From: Candidatus Phoenicimicrobium oleiphilum
GTDB taxonomy: Bacteria > Atribacterota > Phoenicimicrobiia > Phoenicimicrobiales > Phoenicimicrobiaceae
Direction: 5' to 3'
NCBI GenBank assembly: GCA_039638295.1
Contig: JBDIWJ010000006.1
Coordinates: 1 to 57,635 of the forward strand
DNA: 57,635 nt
Shown here: one piece after another, positions 39,657-49,783 of the stretch
How positions within the stretch are numbered: position 1 is the first letter of the stretch
How the letters are laid out: each line of letters starts with the position of its first letter
The notes under the pieces: model-generated
Told to the model about the DNA's origin: nothing
Databases searched by the model: none
The model's input: only the letters and a program-made list of their open reading frames with translations
Made by a program: the position numbers and the translations under genes

Positions 39657-39893
39657 TACTGGAATAGTAAGTGATTTATTTATTGTAAGGCAAATTCACT
39701 GAAATCCTTCCAGTATTAGCTTAAGCGAAAGAACTGTTCAAGTAACTTAAGACGTATAAAGGATGGCGTTAACATCTTATCTAGAAGTAAGAGTGAGAAA
39801 AATTCTCACTGAATTGGGGTGGCACCACGGAATTTGTATTCGTCCCCATTAACCATCGGTAAAATAACTTTTGATGGTTAATGGGGATTTTTT
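39657..39893 (+). ncRNA. T-box riboswitch (serine) with truncated Stem I
   Basis: TACTGGAA/TTCCAGTA Stem I base; AGTA...GAAA-TCC (Ser specifier 39705-39707); Stem II with GAA/AGTA; GGCGTTA; T-box GGGGTGGCACCACGG; terminator TCCCCATTAACCATC/GATGGTTAATGGGGA plus U-tract. Confidence 0.88.
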
Positions 39894-39953
39894 GTATTTA
39901 AGATAATTAAAATAGACGAACAAATAGATCTAAAATTGAAAGGAGAGAAGAAA

Positions 39954-41024
39954 ATGTATAAAAAATTATTTATCCCCGGGCCTACTCACGTTACTGATGA
40001 TGTTCTACAAAAAATGGCTACTCCAATGATTGGTCATCGAACTGAGGAAGCTTCAACTCTACAGCGGAATATCAGTGATAAATTAAGAAAACTGATGTAT
40101 ACTCAAAAGGAGATTTTATTATCTACTTCTTCAGGTAGTGGTCTGATGGAAGGAGCTATCCGTTCTTGCACCCAAAAGAGGGCAGCTGTCTTCTCCTGTG
40201 GTAATTTTGGTAATCGCTGGTTTAAAATGGCAGAAGAGAATAATGTTCCTGCTGATAAATTCGAAGTAGAATGGGGTACCCCTAATCTTCCTGAGCAAGT
40301 AGAAGAGGTTTTAGCTACTGGCAAATATGACCTTATCACTGTAACTCACAATGAAACTTCAACAGGAGTAATGAATCCAATTGAAGAGATAGCCCAGGTG
40401 ATGAAGAAATATCCAGAAGTAATATTTTGTGTTGATGCAGTAAGTTCTTTGGGTGGAACTAAGATAGAAGTGGATAAATTAGGTATTGATATTTGTATAA
40501 CTTCCAGTCAGAAGTGTTTGGGGTTACCTCCTGGTCTTTCTCTTTGCTCTATTTCGGAAAAGGCCTTAGAGGCAGCCAGGAAAGTTAAATTTAGAGGAAC
40601 TTACTTTGATCTTTTACAAATTTATGAGTATATCCAAAAGAAAGATTATCAATACCCTTCTACTCCCTCGCTTTCTCATATGTTTGCCTTAGATTATCAA
40701 TTAGATAAAATATTAAAAGAAGGATTAGATAATCGTTTTGCCCGTCATTTAGAGATGGCAGAGTATGTAAGAAATTGGGCTAAAGATAGATTTGCCCTCT
40801 TTGCTCAAGAAGATTTTGCTTCCAATACAGTAACTTGTGTAAAAAATACCAGAGAGATCAAGGTGAGTGATTTAAACAAGGCCTTAGGTAAAAGAGGGTA
40901 TATGATTTCTAATGGTTATGGCAAGCTAAAAGAAAAGACTTTTAGAATAGCCCATATGGCAGAACTTACCCTTAACGATATTAAAGAACTTCTTGCCAAT
41001 ATTGATGAGATTTTAGAATTATAA
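39954..41024 (+). CDS. Class V PLP aminotransferase (probable phosphoserine aminotransferase)
   Basis: LFIPGP, HNETSTG, VDAVSS and SSQKCLGLPPG; first gene under a Ser T-box, next to a serA-like gene. Confidence 0.8.
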   Translation: MYKKLFIPGPTHVTDDVLQKMATPMIGHRTEEASTLQRNISDKLRKLMYTQKEILLSTSSGSGLMEGAIRSCTQKRAAVFSCGNFGNRWFKMAEENNVPADKFEVEWGTPNLPEQVEEVLATGKYDLITVTHNETSTGVMNPIEEIAQVMKKYPEVIFCVDAVSSLGGTKIEVDKLGIDICITSSQKCLGLPPGLSLCSISEKALEAARKVKFRGTYFDLLQIYEYIQKKDYQYPSTPSLSHMFALDYQLDKILKEGLDNRFARHLEMAEYVRNWAKDRFALFAQEDFASNTVTCVKNTREIKVSDLNKALGKRGYMISNGYGKLKEKTFRIAHMAELTLNDIKELLANIDEILEL

Positions 41025-41041
41025 TATAAGAGGTGATAAAT

Positions 41042-41950
41042 ATGGTAAAGATATTAGTAACTGATGGAATGGATAAAAAAGCTATTCAGACCTTAAAGAA
41101 TATGGGGTATGAAGTAGTAGAGCAATTTTTCGAACCTGAAGAATTGAAAGAACAAGTTAAGAATTTTAATGTAATGGTGGTACGTTCGGCTACTAAAGTA
41201 AGGAAAGAGATAATAGATTCTGCAGTTGAGACTGGAAATTTGAAATTAATTATTCGGGGTGGAGTAGGGCTAGACAATATAGATGTCTCTTATGCCGAAT
41301 CAAAAGGGATAAAGGTTAGAAATACACCTAAGGCCAGCAGCCTAGCGGTAGCAGAATTGGCCTTGGGGCATATGTTCTCTCTGGCTAGATTCATTGGACT
41401 ATCCAATGTTACTATGAGAGAAGGAAAGTGGAATAAAAAGAAATATGAAGGAATCGAACTTTATGGCAAGACCTTAGGGATTGTTGGTTTTGGTAGAATT
41501 GGTCAGGAATTAGCTAAAAAAGCTTATGTCTTGGGAATGAGAATTCTCTATAATGATGTGTTAGGTCCGAATAGAGAATTCCCTGAATATATTTTTGTTC
41601 CTTTTGATGAACTCTTAGCTAAATCTGATTTTATTTCCTTGCACGTGCCTGGGCACAAAGAACAATCTCCTTTGATTGGTAGGACAGAATTTTCTAAAAT
41701 GAAAGAGGGTGCATATCTCATCAATTGTGCCCGAGGTAGTGTATTAGATGAGAAAGCTCTATTAGAGGCGCTAAATTCCGGAAAACTTGCCGGGGCGGGG
41801 TTAGATGTTTTTATTGAGGAGCCAACTAGCAATTTCGATTTAATAAAACATGAAAGAGTATCAGTAACTCCCCATTTAGGGGCTTCTACCAAGGAAGCAC
41901 AAAAAAGAATCGGGACTGAGATTGTTTCTATTATCAAAGAAAATATTTGA
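41042..41950 (+). CDS. serA: D-3-phosphoglycerate dehydrogenase (short form, no ACT domain)
   Basis: VRSATKV, GVGLDNID, GFGRIG, NCARG and TPHLGAST.EAQ. Confidence 0.85.
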   Translation: MVKILVTDGMDKKAIQTLKNMGYEVVEQFFEPEELKEQVKNFNVMVVRSATKVRKEIIDSAVETGNLKLIIRGGVGLDNIDVSYAESKGIKVRNTPKASSLAVAELALGHMFSLARFIGLSNVTMREGKWNKKKYEGIELYGKTLGIVGFGRIGQELAKKAYVLGMRILYNDVLGPNREFPEYIFVPFDELLAKSDFISLHVPGHKEQSPLIGRTEFSKMKEGAYLINCARGSVLDEKALLEALNSGKLAGAGLDVFIEEPTSNFDLIKHERVSVTPHLGASTKEAQKRIGTEIVSIIKENI

Positions 41951-42105
41951 ATTAGTCGTTAGTGAATAGTGAATAGTCGTTAGTATATGGTATAGCGCAT
42001 TGCCTATCAAGTATCGCGTATATAGTTACCCAGTTATCCCGTTTGCCAGTTAAACAGTTAATTTTAATTCTTAAAACCGGTAAACCAGTTAACTGGCTAA
42101 CTACC
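41951..42105. repeat. Degenerate short tandem repeat tract
   Basis: TAGTCGT TAGTGAA TAGTGAA TAGTCGT TAGT; GTTACCCA GTTATCCC GTTTGCCA GTTAAACA GTTAA; a reverse-oriented AAACCGGTAAACCAGTTAACTGGCTAACT tract. Confidence 0.55.
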
Positions 42106-42178
42106 TTAAAGAGATACGAATCATAGTTTACAGGAAAGGAAATTTCTATATATTTAAAATAAATGAAAAGAGAAAAAA

Positions 42179-43429
42179 ATGCCAGTAATTAAACCATTCA
42201 AAGCTTTAAGACCACAACCAAATTTAATAGCTAAAGTAGCATCACCTCCCTATGATGTTATAAGTACAGAAGGAGCACGAAAATTAGCAAAAGATAATCC
42301 TGTTTCTTTTTTACATATTAATAAAGCTGAGATAGATTTAGAACCCTCTTTAGACCATTATGATCGGAGGGTCTACGAAAAAGCCAGAGAGAATCTTAAT
42401 AGAATGATAAAGGAAAAGATTTTTCTGCAAGATAAACAGGAGAGTATTTATATCTACCGACAAGTAATGAAAGGAAGAGCACAGACTGGGTTAGTTGTTT
42501 GTACTTCTATAGATGATTATCTTAAAGGTAGAATTAAAAAACATGAGGACACTCGGGCAGACAAAGAAGAGGACCGAGTAAATCATATTGATTTTACTGA
42601 TGCTAATACTGGCCCTGTCTTCCTTACTTATAAAGCAAAAGATAAAATAAAGCAGATTATAAGAAGTTGGGCTAAAGAAAAAGATTCAGTATATGACTTT
42701 ACCTCAGATGATAGAATTACTCACACTTGCTGGGTAATCGATGACCAACAAGTAATTAAAAGCTTGATAGAAGCCTTTACTGAAATTGATTATCTTTATA
42801 TCGCTGATGGTCATCATCGAGCAGCGGCAGCTGCTAAGGTAGGATTAAAAAGAAGAGAACAACTGAAAAATTATACCGGAAAAGAAGAGTTTAATTATTT
42901 TCTATCAGTTATATTTCCTAATGATGAGCTATATATTATGGACTATAATCGGGTAGTAGCTGATTTAGCAGGAAATTCTGAAGAAGAATTTATCCAGAAA
43001 ATATCTGAAAAATTTATAGTAGAAAAGTATAGCGGAGGAGACCCTTACCGACCATTAGCAAGCCATACCTTTGGTATGTACTTAAATAACTGCTGGTTTA
43101 AACTGACTGCAAAACTGGGGTCTTTTGACGAAGATGATGTAGTAGAAAGCCTCGATGTATCGATATTACAAAATAATCTGCTTGACCCTATTTTAGGAAT
43201 TAAAGATCCTCGGACAGACCAGAGAATAGAATTTGTAGGAGGAATCAGAGGTCTGGAGGAATTAGAGAAAAAAGTGAAGGCAGGGATGAAAGTAGCCTTT
43301 TCACTCTACCCTACTTCCATAAAAGAATTAATGGCAGTTGCCGATGCAGGAAGATTAATGCCTCCCAAGTCGACCTGGTTTGAACCGAAATTACGCAGTG
43401 GTATCTTTGTTCATAAACTATCTGAATAG
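42179..43429 (+). CDS. DUF1015 family protein (ParB/Srx-like fold)
   Basis: ASPPYDV, IKKHE.TR, YIADGHHR and MPPKSTWFEPKLRSG. Confidence 0.88.
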   Translation: MPVIKPFKALRPQPNLIAKVASPPYDVISTEGARKLAKDNPVSFLHINKAEIDLEPSLDHYDRRVYEKARENLNRMIKEKIFLQDKQESIYIYRQVMKGRAQTGLVVCTSIDDYLKGRIKKHEDTRADKEEDRVNHIDFTDANTGPVFLTYKAKDKIKQIIRSWAKEKDSVYDFTSDDRITHTCWVIDDQQVIKSLIEAFTEIDYLYIADGHHRAAAAAKVGLKRREQLKNYTGKEEFNYFLSVIFPNDELYIMDYNRVVADLAGNSEEEFIQKISEKFIVEKYSGGDPYRPLASHTFGMYLNNCWFKLTAKLGSFDEDDVVESLDVSILQNNLLDPILGIKDPRTDQRIEFVGGIRGLEELEKKVKAGMKVAFSLYPTSIKELMAVADAGRLMPPKSTWFEPKLRSGIFVHKLSE

Positions 43430-43791
43430 AATAAACAACAAATCCTATAAAAAGAAAACAATTTACAACTAAGAATCTTATGCAGGATAGGAATAAAAAG
43501 AATATCCTTGACTGCCATAAAACCTTCAAAAACCATTCTATGTTCTTCTGTGTTTTACATTCTTTATTTCCCCAAAAAACATTTCTTTATTTTTATTATA
43601 TAGATAAAAAAAGCAAACACTATAACAATGGTTTAAAAAAAAGTAAGATAAGTTCAACCATTCCCGTAAAGTTATATCATTTATTTTTATAATAGCATAC
43701 TCTACTACAAAATTACGAAAGGCGATTAAAATAAGGTTTTACAGGGTTTTATCAAAAAATAAGAAAAAATTAAAAATTTTTCAAAAAAAGA

Positions 43792-43847
43792 TTGATTTTT
43801 TAAATAAATGTAGTATATAATATATAAAAATGTGAACAGCGTTCTTA
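43792..43847 (+). promoter_or_regulatory. Promoter and operator copy 1 (TGTGAAC-AGC-GTTCTTA)
   Basis: TTGATT (43792-43797), 18 bp, TATAAT (43816-43821); palindrome at 43831-43847, also found at 50563 and 51511. Confidence 0.7.
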
Positions 43848-43904
43848 TTAAAGTTTCAAAATTTGAAAATCGCAAGAAATAAGTAATAACAGGGAGGATA
43901 AGAA

Positions 43905-45878
43905 ATGAAGTTACTTTCACCAATTAAAATTGGTAATTTAGAAATTAAAAATAGAGTAGTTATGGCACCAATGACTTGCAATTTTGCTAAAGATGGGTTT
44001 ATTACTGAGCAGATGATTGATTTTTATGCAGAGCGAGCAAGAGGAGGAGTAGGTGTAATTACAGTCGAAGATGGTATAATTGATTTTCCCTTAGGAAATA
44101 ATGCCAAAAACCCTGTAGCCATTGATGATGATAAATATATACCTATGCTTAAAAAACTTAGTTCAGCTATAAAAAAACATGGTGCTAAAGCAGCGATTCA
44201 ACTGTCTCATGCGGGGAGAAGAGCAGGTCGTGTAACTTTAGAAAATGGCTATTTAGAAGTAACTCGTGGTCAAATACCAGTTGCACCTTCAATGATCGCC
44301 CATCCCTTCCCCGGACAAGTTACCCCCAGAGAGCTAAGCGAAGAAGAGATTGAAGAGATTATAGAAAAATTTGGCCAGGCGGCGAGGAGGGCAGTTGAGG
44401 CTGGATTTGATATTATAAGTATACATTGTGCCCATATGTATTTATGTGGTGAATTTTTATCCCCTTGGGCTAATAAACGAAAGGATAAGTATGGGGGGAG
44501 TTTAGAAAATCGTATGCGGTTTGTTTTAGAAATTATTAGAAAAGTAAAAAGTTTAGTAGGTTCAGACTTTCCTTTAGTTGCTCGTATGAATGGCCAGGAA
44601 CCTGAGGGTGGAAATTCACCTTTAGAGATTCGGGAAATTGCAAGAAGACTGCAATTAGCAGGAATTAAAGCTATTAGTGTTTCTACTGGGTTTGGGGCTG
44701 TTCTCCACGAAAAAAATTTTATTTCAGCAGAAGCACCGATAGGTACTCCCGAGGGATGCATTGTTAATTTAGCAGAAAATATTAAAATAGGAGTAACAAT
44801 ACCAGTAGCAGTAGGAAATAAAATTCGCCATCCAGAGTTTGCAGAAAATGTCTTGCAAAAAAATCAAGCAGATATGATTACTTTGGGTAGGCCTTTAATT
44901 ACTGACCCTTATTGGGTTCAAAAAGTTGCCGAAGGTAGATATCAGGATATTCGACCTTGTGTTTCCTGTTGTTATGGTTGTGTAGGAAATGTGCTTAAAG
45001 GTACACCAATTACCTGTATTTTAAACCCGTTAGCAGGAAAGGAAGGTAAAAAAGAATTTAGGTATGTACCCGTAAATAAGAGGGATGGAAAGAAAGTTTT
45101 AGTAATTGGTGGTGGTCCTGCAGGGCTACAAGCAGCTATTACCGCGGCGACTAGAGGACATAAAGTTACTCTATGGGAAAAGGAAAGAAAATTAGGTGGA
45201 ACAATTGTATTAGCTGCTAAGCCTCCCCGCAAACAAGAGTTAAATGAAATTGTTGATTATTTTAAAAATAGGATTAATCAATTAAATATACAGGTAGAAT
45301 TAGGAAAAGAAGTAAACGAAAAAATGATTAAAGAATTTAAAGCAGATGTGATTATTTTAGCCTCGGGTGGCAATAGGATTATACCAGATATTAAAGGAAT
45401 TAAGGGAAATAAGAATGTTTATTGGGCACTTGATTTACTCAAAAATGATTATACAGATATTGGGCAAGAAATAGTTATTGTTGGGGGAGGAGAAGTAGGA
45501 TTAGAAACTGCTGAATGGTTGGCGGAAAAAGGGAAAACGGTGACTGTTATTGAAATACTTCCTGAAGTGGCAAGAGATATGGTACACGCTGTTAAAGTTC
45601 CGCTAATGATAAGTTTAAAAGATTATGGGGTAAAGATATATACCAATACTCGTGTAAAGCAAATAAAGTCCGATGGTGTGATAATGGAAAGAAATGGGAT
45701 AGAAGAAACGATCAAGGCAGATGCAGTTGTTATTGCTGTGGGAGTGAAGGCTGAAGATAAATTGGAGAATAGATTAAGGGGTGCTGTATCAAAATTGTTC
45801 TGTGTGGGGGATTGCCAAAAACCTGGCAATATTATGGATGCGGTACATGAGGGATTTAAAATAGGATTACAAGTTTAA
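43905..45878 (+). CDS. NADH:flavin oxidoreductase, OYE family with 4Fe-4S and FAD domains (enoate/dienoyl-CoA reductase-like)
   Basis: NRVVMAPM, QLSHAGR, HCAHMYL, NKRKDKYGGS, CVSCCYGC...C, GGGPAG and GGGEVG. Confidence 0.9.
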   Translation: MKLLSPIKIGNLEIKNRVVMAPMTCNFAKDGFITEQMIDFYAERARGGVGVITVEDGIIDFPLGNNAKNPVAIDDDKYIPMLKKLSSAIKKHGAKAAIQLSHAGRRAGRVTLENGYLEVTRGQIPVAPSMIAHPFPGQVTPRELSEEEIEEIIEKFGQAARRAVEAGFDIISIHCAHMYLCGEFLSPWANKRKDKYGGSLENRMRFVLEIIRKVKSLVGSDFPLVARMNGQEPEGGNSPLEIREIARRLQLAGIKAISVSTGFGAVLHEKNFISAEAPIGTPEGCIVNLAENIKIGVTIPVAVGNKIRHPEFAENVLQKNQADMITLGRPLITDPYWVQKVAEGRYQDIRPCVSCCYGCVGNVLKGTPITCILNPLAGKEGKKEFRYVPVNKRDGKKVLVIGGGPAGLQAAITAATRGHKVTLWEKERKLGGTIVLAAKPPRKQELNEIVDYFKNRINQLNIQVELGKEVNEKMIKEFKADVIILASGGNRIIPDIKGIKGNKNVYWALDLLKNDYTDIGQEIVIVGGGEVGLETAEWLAEKGKTVTVIEILPEVARDMVHAVKVPLMISLKDYGVKIYTNTRVKQIKSDGVIMERNGIEETIKADAVVIAVGVKAEDKLENRLRGAVSKLFCVGDCQKPGNIMDAVHEGFKIGLQV

Positions 45879-45906
45879 ATTTTAATAAGATGGCGGTGAA
45901 AATAAT

Positions 45907-47895
45907 TTGAATATATTTAAAAAGAAGAAAAAAAATATTGATTTGCAAAGTGAAGAGGTAATCAAGAGGCCGCTTGCAGGCAACCTTAAGAAATTAGTAA
46001 CAGTTTTGGCTATCAGTCTTTCTTTATTTCAATTATATACGGCTGCTTTTGGTATTTATAAGACTGCCATTATTCATCGGGCGGCACATTTAATTTTTAT
46101 TTTAGTTTTGTTCTTCATAATTTATCCAATAAGCAAGAAAAATCATCAAAATAAAATAGGAGATATAATTGACTATCTTCTTGTCTTTATCTCCTTGTTT
46201 TCTGTTGGGTATATAGTATTTTTTTATGAAGCAGTAGCTAATAGAGTAATGAACCTGGAAAATTTAACAAAATTAGATAATTTTGTGGGGATTATTGTTA
46301 TATTATTAGTATTAGAGGCAAACAGGCGTTCAAATCGTACTTTCTTTTTTCTTATGCTCCTTGGTTTAGCGTATATGTTGTTTGGTCCATATTTTCCAGG
46401 ACTTTTTGCCCATCCAGGGATTTCTTGGGAACGATTAATCTATTTAATATCATATTCTTCAGAGGGAATTTTTGGTATTGGTTTAGCAGTATCTTCAACT
46501 TACCTATATATTTTTATATTGTTTGGCGTATTTTTGGGAAAGACTGGGGTAATAGATTTCTTTATCGATTTAGCCCTTTCATTAGTGGGTAAGTACTCAG
46601 GTGGGATGGCAAAGTCTTGCGTGATTAGTAGTTCTTTGATGGGGACTATAACAGGTAGTTCTCTTGGTAGCGCAGCAGCCGTAGGTTCCTTTACAATTCC
46701 GATGATGAAAAAAGAAGGATTTAAAAGCCATGTGGCTGCTGCAATAGAGGCAATTTCAGCCTGCGGGGGGCAATTAATGCCACCAGTTATGGGAGCAGCA
46801 GCTTTTATTATGGCTGAGATAATTGGGGTCCCATATGGGAAGATAGCTTTAGCTGGATTGATCCCGGCAGTTATATATTACATAAATGTCTTTTCAATAA
46901 TTCATTTTGAGTCACTTAGTAGTGGTATAAAAGGTCTAAATAAGAATAAATTACCAAAATTTAAAGATGTAGTTTTATCTTCAGGGTATTTATTATTACC
47001 TCTATTGGTATTAATTTATACATTGATGATCGCAGGTTATAGTGCTACAAAATCTGGTTTTATAGCCATAATTTGTTGTATTATAGTTACTTACTTTCGA
47101 AAGGAAAATCACTTTGGCTGGAAAAATTTCTTGCAAAGTTGTGAAGAAGGCGCTTATTCTGTTCTGAAAATTGCTATATTATGTGCAGGGATTGGCTTAA
47201 TTATTAGCTCGGTTACCTTAACTGGATTAGGTATGCGTTTTTCAAGTATTGCGATAGCCTTAGCTGGGGGGAATCTATTTTTACTATTATTTATTACGAT
47301 GATTATGAGTTTGATTTTAGGTATGGGTATGCCTACTCCTATTGTGTATTTATTAACAGCTATTTTTATTGCTCCTTCAATGATGCAATTGGGCGTTTCA
47401 GCATTTGCTGCACACTTTTTTGTCTTTTATTACGCTATATTATCGGGGTTAACGCCACCAGTTTGTTTGGTTGCGATTACAACTGCTGCCATAGCAAAAG
47501 CAGATTGGTTTAAGACAGGTTTAACAGCAACTCGTTTTGCTTTGGCTGTTTTTATTGCTCCGTATATATGGATTTTTAACCCTCAATTATTAATGGTGGG
47601 CAGTTGGTATGAAATATTATTGGTTTTCATGCTTGCAACAATGGGAGTTATTGCAATTGCAAGTAGCTTACAAGGGTGGTTTATAAACAAAACAAGCTGG
47701 ATAGAAAGAATAATTCTATTTATAGCCGGTCTTTTGGTAATGAATCTAAAAGGGGGGTGGTTAATGGTTATAAGCGGATTATTATTAGTATTCATTGTGG
47801 TGATTTACCAGTTAAAGAATATTAAATTTAAAATGAATGTTAGGGGGGATAAGAATAGGGAGTATAGTACACAAAATATAGAAGATTGTAATTAA
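45907..47895 (+). CDS. TAXI-TRAP transporter fused permease (4TM/12TM)
   Basis: GGQLMPPVMGAAAFIMA, LILGMGMPT and TPPV motifs; about 16 hydrophobic helices. Confidence 0.9.
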   Translation: MNIFKKKKKNIDLQSEEVIKRPLAGNLKKLVTVLAISLSLFQLYTAAFGIYKTAIIHRAAHLIFILVLFFIIYPISKKNHQNKIGDIIDYLLVFISLFSVGYIVFFYEAVANRVMNLENLTKLDNFVGIIVILLVLEANRRSNRTFFFLMLLGLAYMLFGPYFPGLFAHPGISWERLIYLISYSSEGIFGIGLAVSSTYLYIFILFGVFLGKTGVIDFFIDLALSLVGKYSGGMAKSCVISSSLMGTITGSSLGSAAAVGSFTIPMMKKEGFKSHVAAAIEAISACGGQLMPPVMGAAAFIMAEIIGVPYGKIALAGLIPAVIYYINVFSIIHFESLSSGIKGLNKNKLPKFKDVVLSSGYLLLPLLVLIYTLMIAGYSATKSGFIAIICCIIVTYFRKENHFGWKNFLQSCEEGAYSVLKIAILCAGIGLIISSVTLTGLGMRFSSIAIALAGGNLFLLLFITMIMSLILGMGMPTPIVYLLTAIFIAPSMMQLGVSAFAAHFFVFYYAILSGLTPPVCLVAITTAAIAKADWFKTGLTATRFALAVFIAPYIWIFNPQLLMVGSWYEILLVFMLATMGVIAIASSLQGWFINKTSWIERIILFIAGLLVMNLKGGWLMVISGLLLVFIVVIYQLKNIKFKMNVRGDKNREYSTQNIEDCN

Positions 47896-47981
47896 GTATT
47901 AAAATAAAAAAATGTTTAAATTGATAATATTTATTAAGTTTAACTACAGCAATTAATATTAATAAAAAAGAGGTATAAAAA

Positions 47982-48944
47982 ATGAAAATTAAAGTAAAAA
48001 TCTTAAAACCGTTTTTGATAGGCTTACTTTTTTTTACTATAGTAGCTTGTAGTTTTAATATTCAGGTAAAAGCTGAAGGTATTATGTGGACGTTAGGTAC
48101 ATCTGGTTCCGGATCTTCTCCTTATATTATGGGGGGGGTTTTTTCTGACGTAGCAAATAAACATTTAGACGGCTTGAAAATTTTCCCTCAAGTTACAGAA
48201 GGTTTTGAGGCGAATATAGGTTTAATCGCTAACCAAACAATACCTATTGCTGAAGCAAGTAATAATGTTGTAATTAAAGGTTATGCTAAATATCCTGATA
48301 TTCGGGGTTTATTCAACTTTCTAATGTGTCCCATACACATTTTAGTAAATGCTAAAGATAATTTTAATAGCATTGAAGATTTAAGGGGAAAGAGAATAAA
48401 TATAGGAGCTCCAGGCCAGTCTACCAGAGGGATTGCCACAGCTATGTTAGAAGCCTATGGGTTAGAATCTGGTGACTATAAAATATCATCTTTGAGTACC
48501 AAAGAATCTGCTGATGCTTTAAAAGATGGGCAAATCGATGCAGCTGTTATTATTGCCAATACACCAATGCCGAGCATTGCTTCGGTTGCGGTTACTAAAA
48601 GTATAGATTTATTGCCATTAGATGGACCAAATGCCGATAAGTTTAATGAGGCTATGGGATTCATAATGGCGCCTACCTCAATTCCTGCCGGCACTTATAA
48701 AGGTGTAGATAAAACTGTAAAAACATTAGCTTTCCCAATTATGATTATTGCCCATAAAGATTTAGACGTTGAACTTGTTTACCAATTTACTAAATCTGTT
48801 TGGGATAACTTAAATGAGCTAAAAGCGGCACACAATGGTTTTAATTCATTAGAGTTAGCCGGAAGTGCTATTGCGGGATGGGGAAATGTTCCTATACATC
48901 CCGGCGCAGAGAAATATTTCAAAGAAGTTGGAGTAATAAAATAA
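47982..48944 (+). CDS. TAXI-family TRAP substrate-binding protein
   Basis: Signal peptide; GTSGSGSS, DLRGKRINIG, ALKDGQIDA, IPAGTY and PIHPGAEKYFKE. Confidence 0.9.
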   Translation: MKIKVKILKPFLIGLLFFTIVACSFNIQVKAEGIMWTLGTSGSGSSPYIMGGVFSDVANKHLDGLKIFPQVTEGFEANIGLIANQTIPIAEASNNVVIKGYAKYPDIRGLFNFLMCPIHILVNAKDNFNSIEDLRGKRINIGAPGQSTRGIATAMLEAYGLESGDYKISSLSTKESADALKDGQIDAAVIIANTPMPSIASVAVTKSIDLLPLDGPNADKFNEAMGFIMAPTSIPAGTYKGVDKTVKTLAFPIMIIAHKDLDVELVYQFTKSVWDNLNELKAAHNGFNSLELAGSAIAGWGNVPIHPGAEKYFKEVGVIK

Positions 48945-48992
48945 AAATTAAAATTAATAGTTTGAAATTTAATTAAAGGGAAGATTTTTTTT

Positions 48993-49046
48993 TGGGAGAA
49001 AAAGGGGTATTAATGAGGTATTAATCTATAATCCCCTTTTCTCCCA
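48993..49046 (+). terminator. Stem-loop after the TAXI binding-protein gene
   Basis: TGGGAGAAAAAGGGG ... CCCCTTTTCTCCCA. Confidence 0.6.
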
Positions 49047-49118
49047 GAGATACATATTTGTTAGCAAAAATGTTTTTTTATTATAAAAAGGTTTAATGAA
49101 AAAAAGGGGGTAATTACA

Positions 49119-49748
49119 ATGAAAATTGTAGGCATAGTATGCACACCGAGAGTCGGTGGAAATTCAGAGGTTTTAGTAAAACAAATTTTGGATGGGGCAA
49201 CAAAAGCCGGAGCAGAGAGCGAAGTTATCTTCGTTAGAGATAAAAAAATACAACTTTGCGATGGGTGCATGAAGTGTATAAAATCTGGAAAATGTCACTT
49301 AACTGATGATATGGAAGAGATTGGCGAAAAATTGGTAACTTCTGATGGCATAGTTATCGGAGTTCCTACTTATTGGACCATTGGTGGTATGGGGGTTGCT
49401 TTTTTGGATAGGTTGTTACCTTATACTGCTTCTGGAATACTATCTAACAAGGTAGGAGCAGGAATTGCAGTAGGTGCAAGAGTGGCGGTGGATACAGCAG
49501 TTGGGGTTTTGCGGCGCTTTTTCATATATTCTCATATGTTATGTGTCGAATGTGTTGCTCACTATGGTACTATACCCGGTGATGTAATTAAAAATGAATA
49601 TGCAATGAAATCTGTATGGGAAATAGGTCGTTTAATGGTATTATTTAAGGAGAATGGTAACAGATATCCGGAAGAATATTCAATTCCTCTATCTAATTAT
49701 GTTAAGAAAAAATACAGTGATGACATTTATCCTTATCATTCTTCCTAA
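49119..49748 (+). CDS. Iron-sulfur flavoprotein (Isf)-like flavodoxin-fold protein 1
   Basis: TPR..GNS, CxxCxxC-x5-C (CDGCMKCIKSGKC), DGIVIGVPTY and NKVGAGIAV. Confidence 0.82.
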   Translation: MKIVGIVCTPRVGGNSEVLVKQILDGATKAGAESEVIFVRDKKIQLCDGCMKCIKSGKCHLTDDMEEIGEKLVTSDGIVIGVPTYWTIGGMGVAFLDRLLPYTASGILSNKVGAGIAVGARVAVDTAVGVLRRFFIYSHMLCVECVAHYGTIPGDVIKNEYAMKSVWEIGRLMVLFKENGNRYPEEYSIPLSNYVKKKYSDDIYPYHSS

Positions 49749-49783
49749 ATTATTATCTTTTTTATAGAAACAGAGGAGGGAAT

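Noticed and set aside
43430-43790. ORFs 43311..43529, 43480..43692 and 43726..43923
   Set aside because: AT-rich, no SD or recognisable motifs; probably island-border non-coding DNA.
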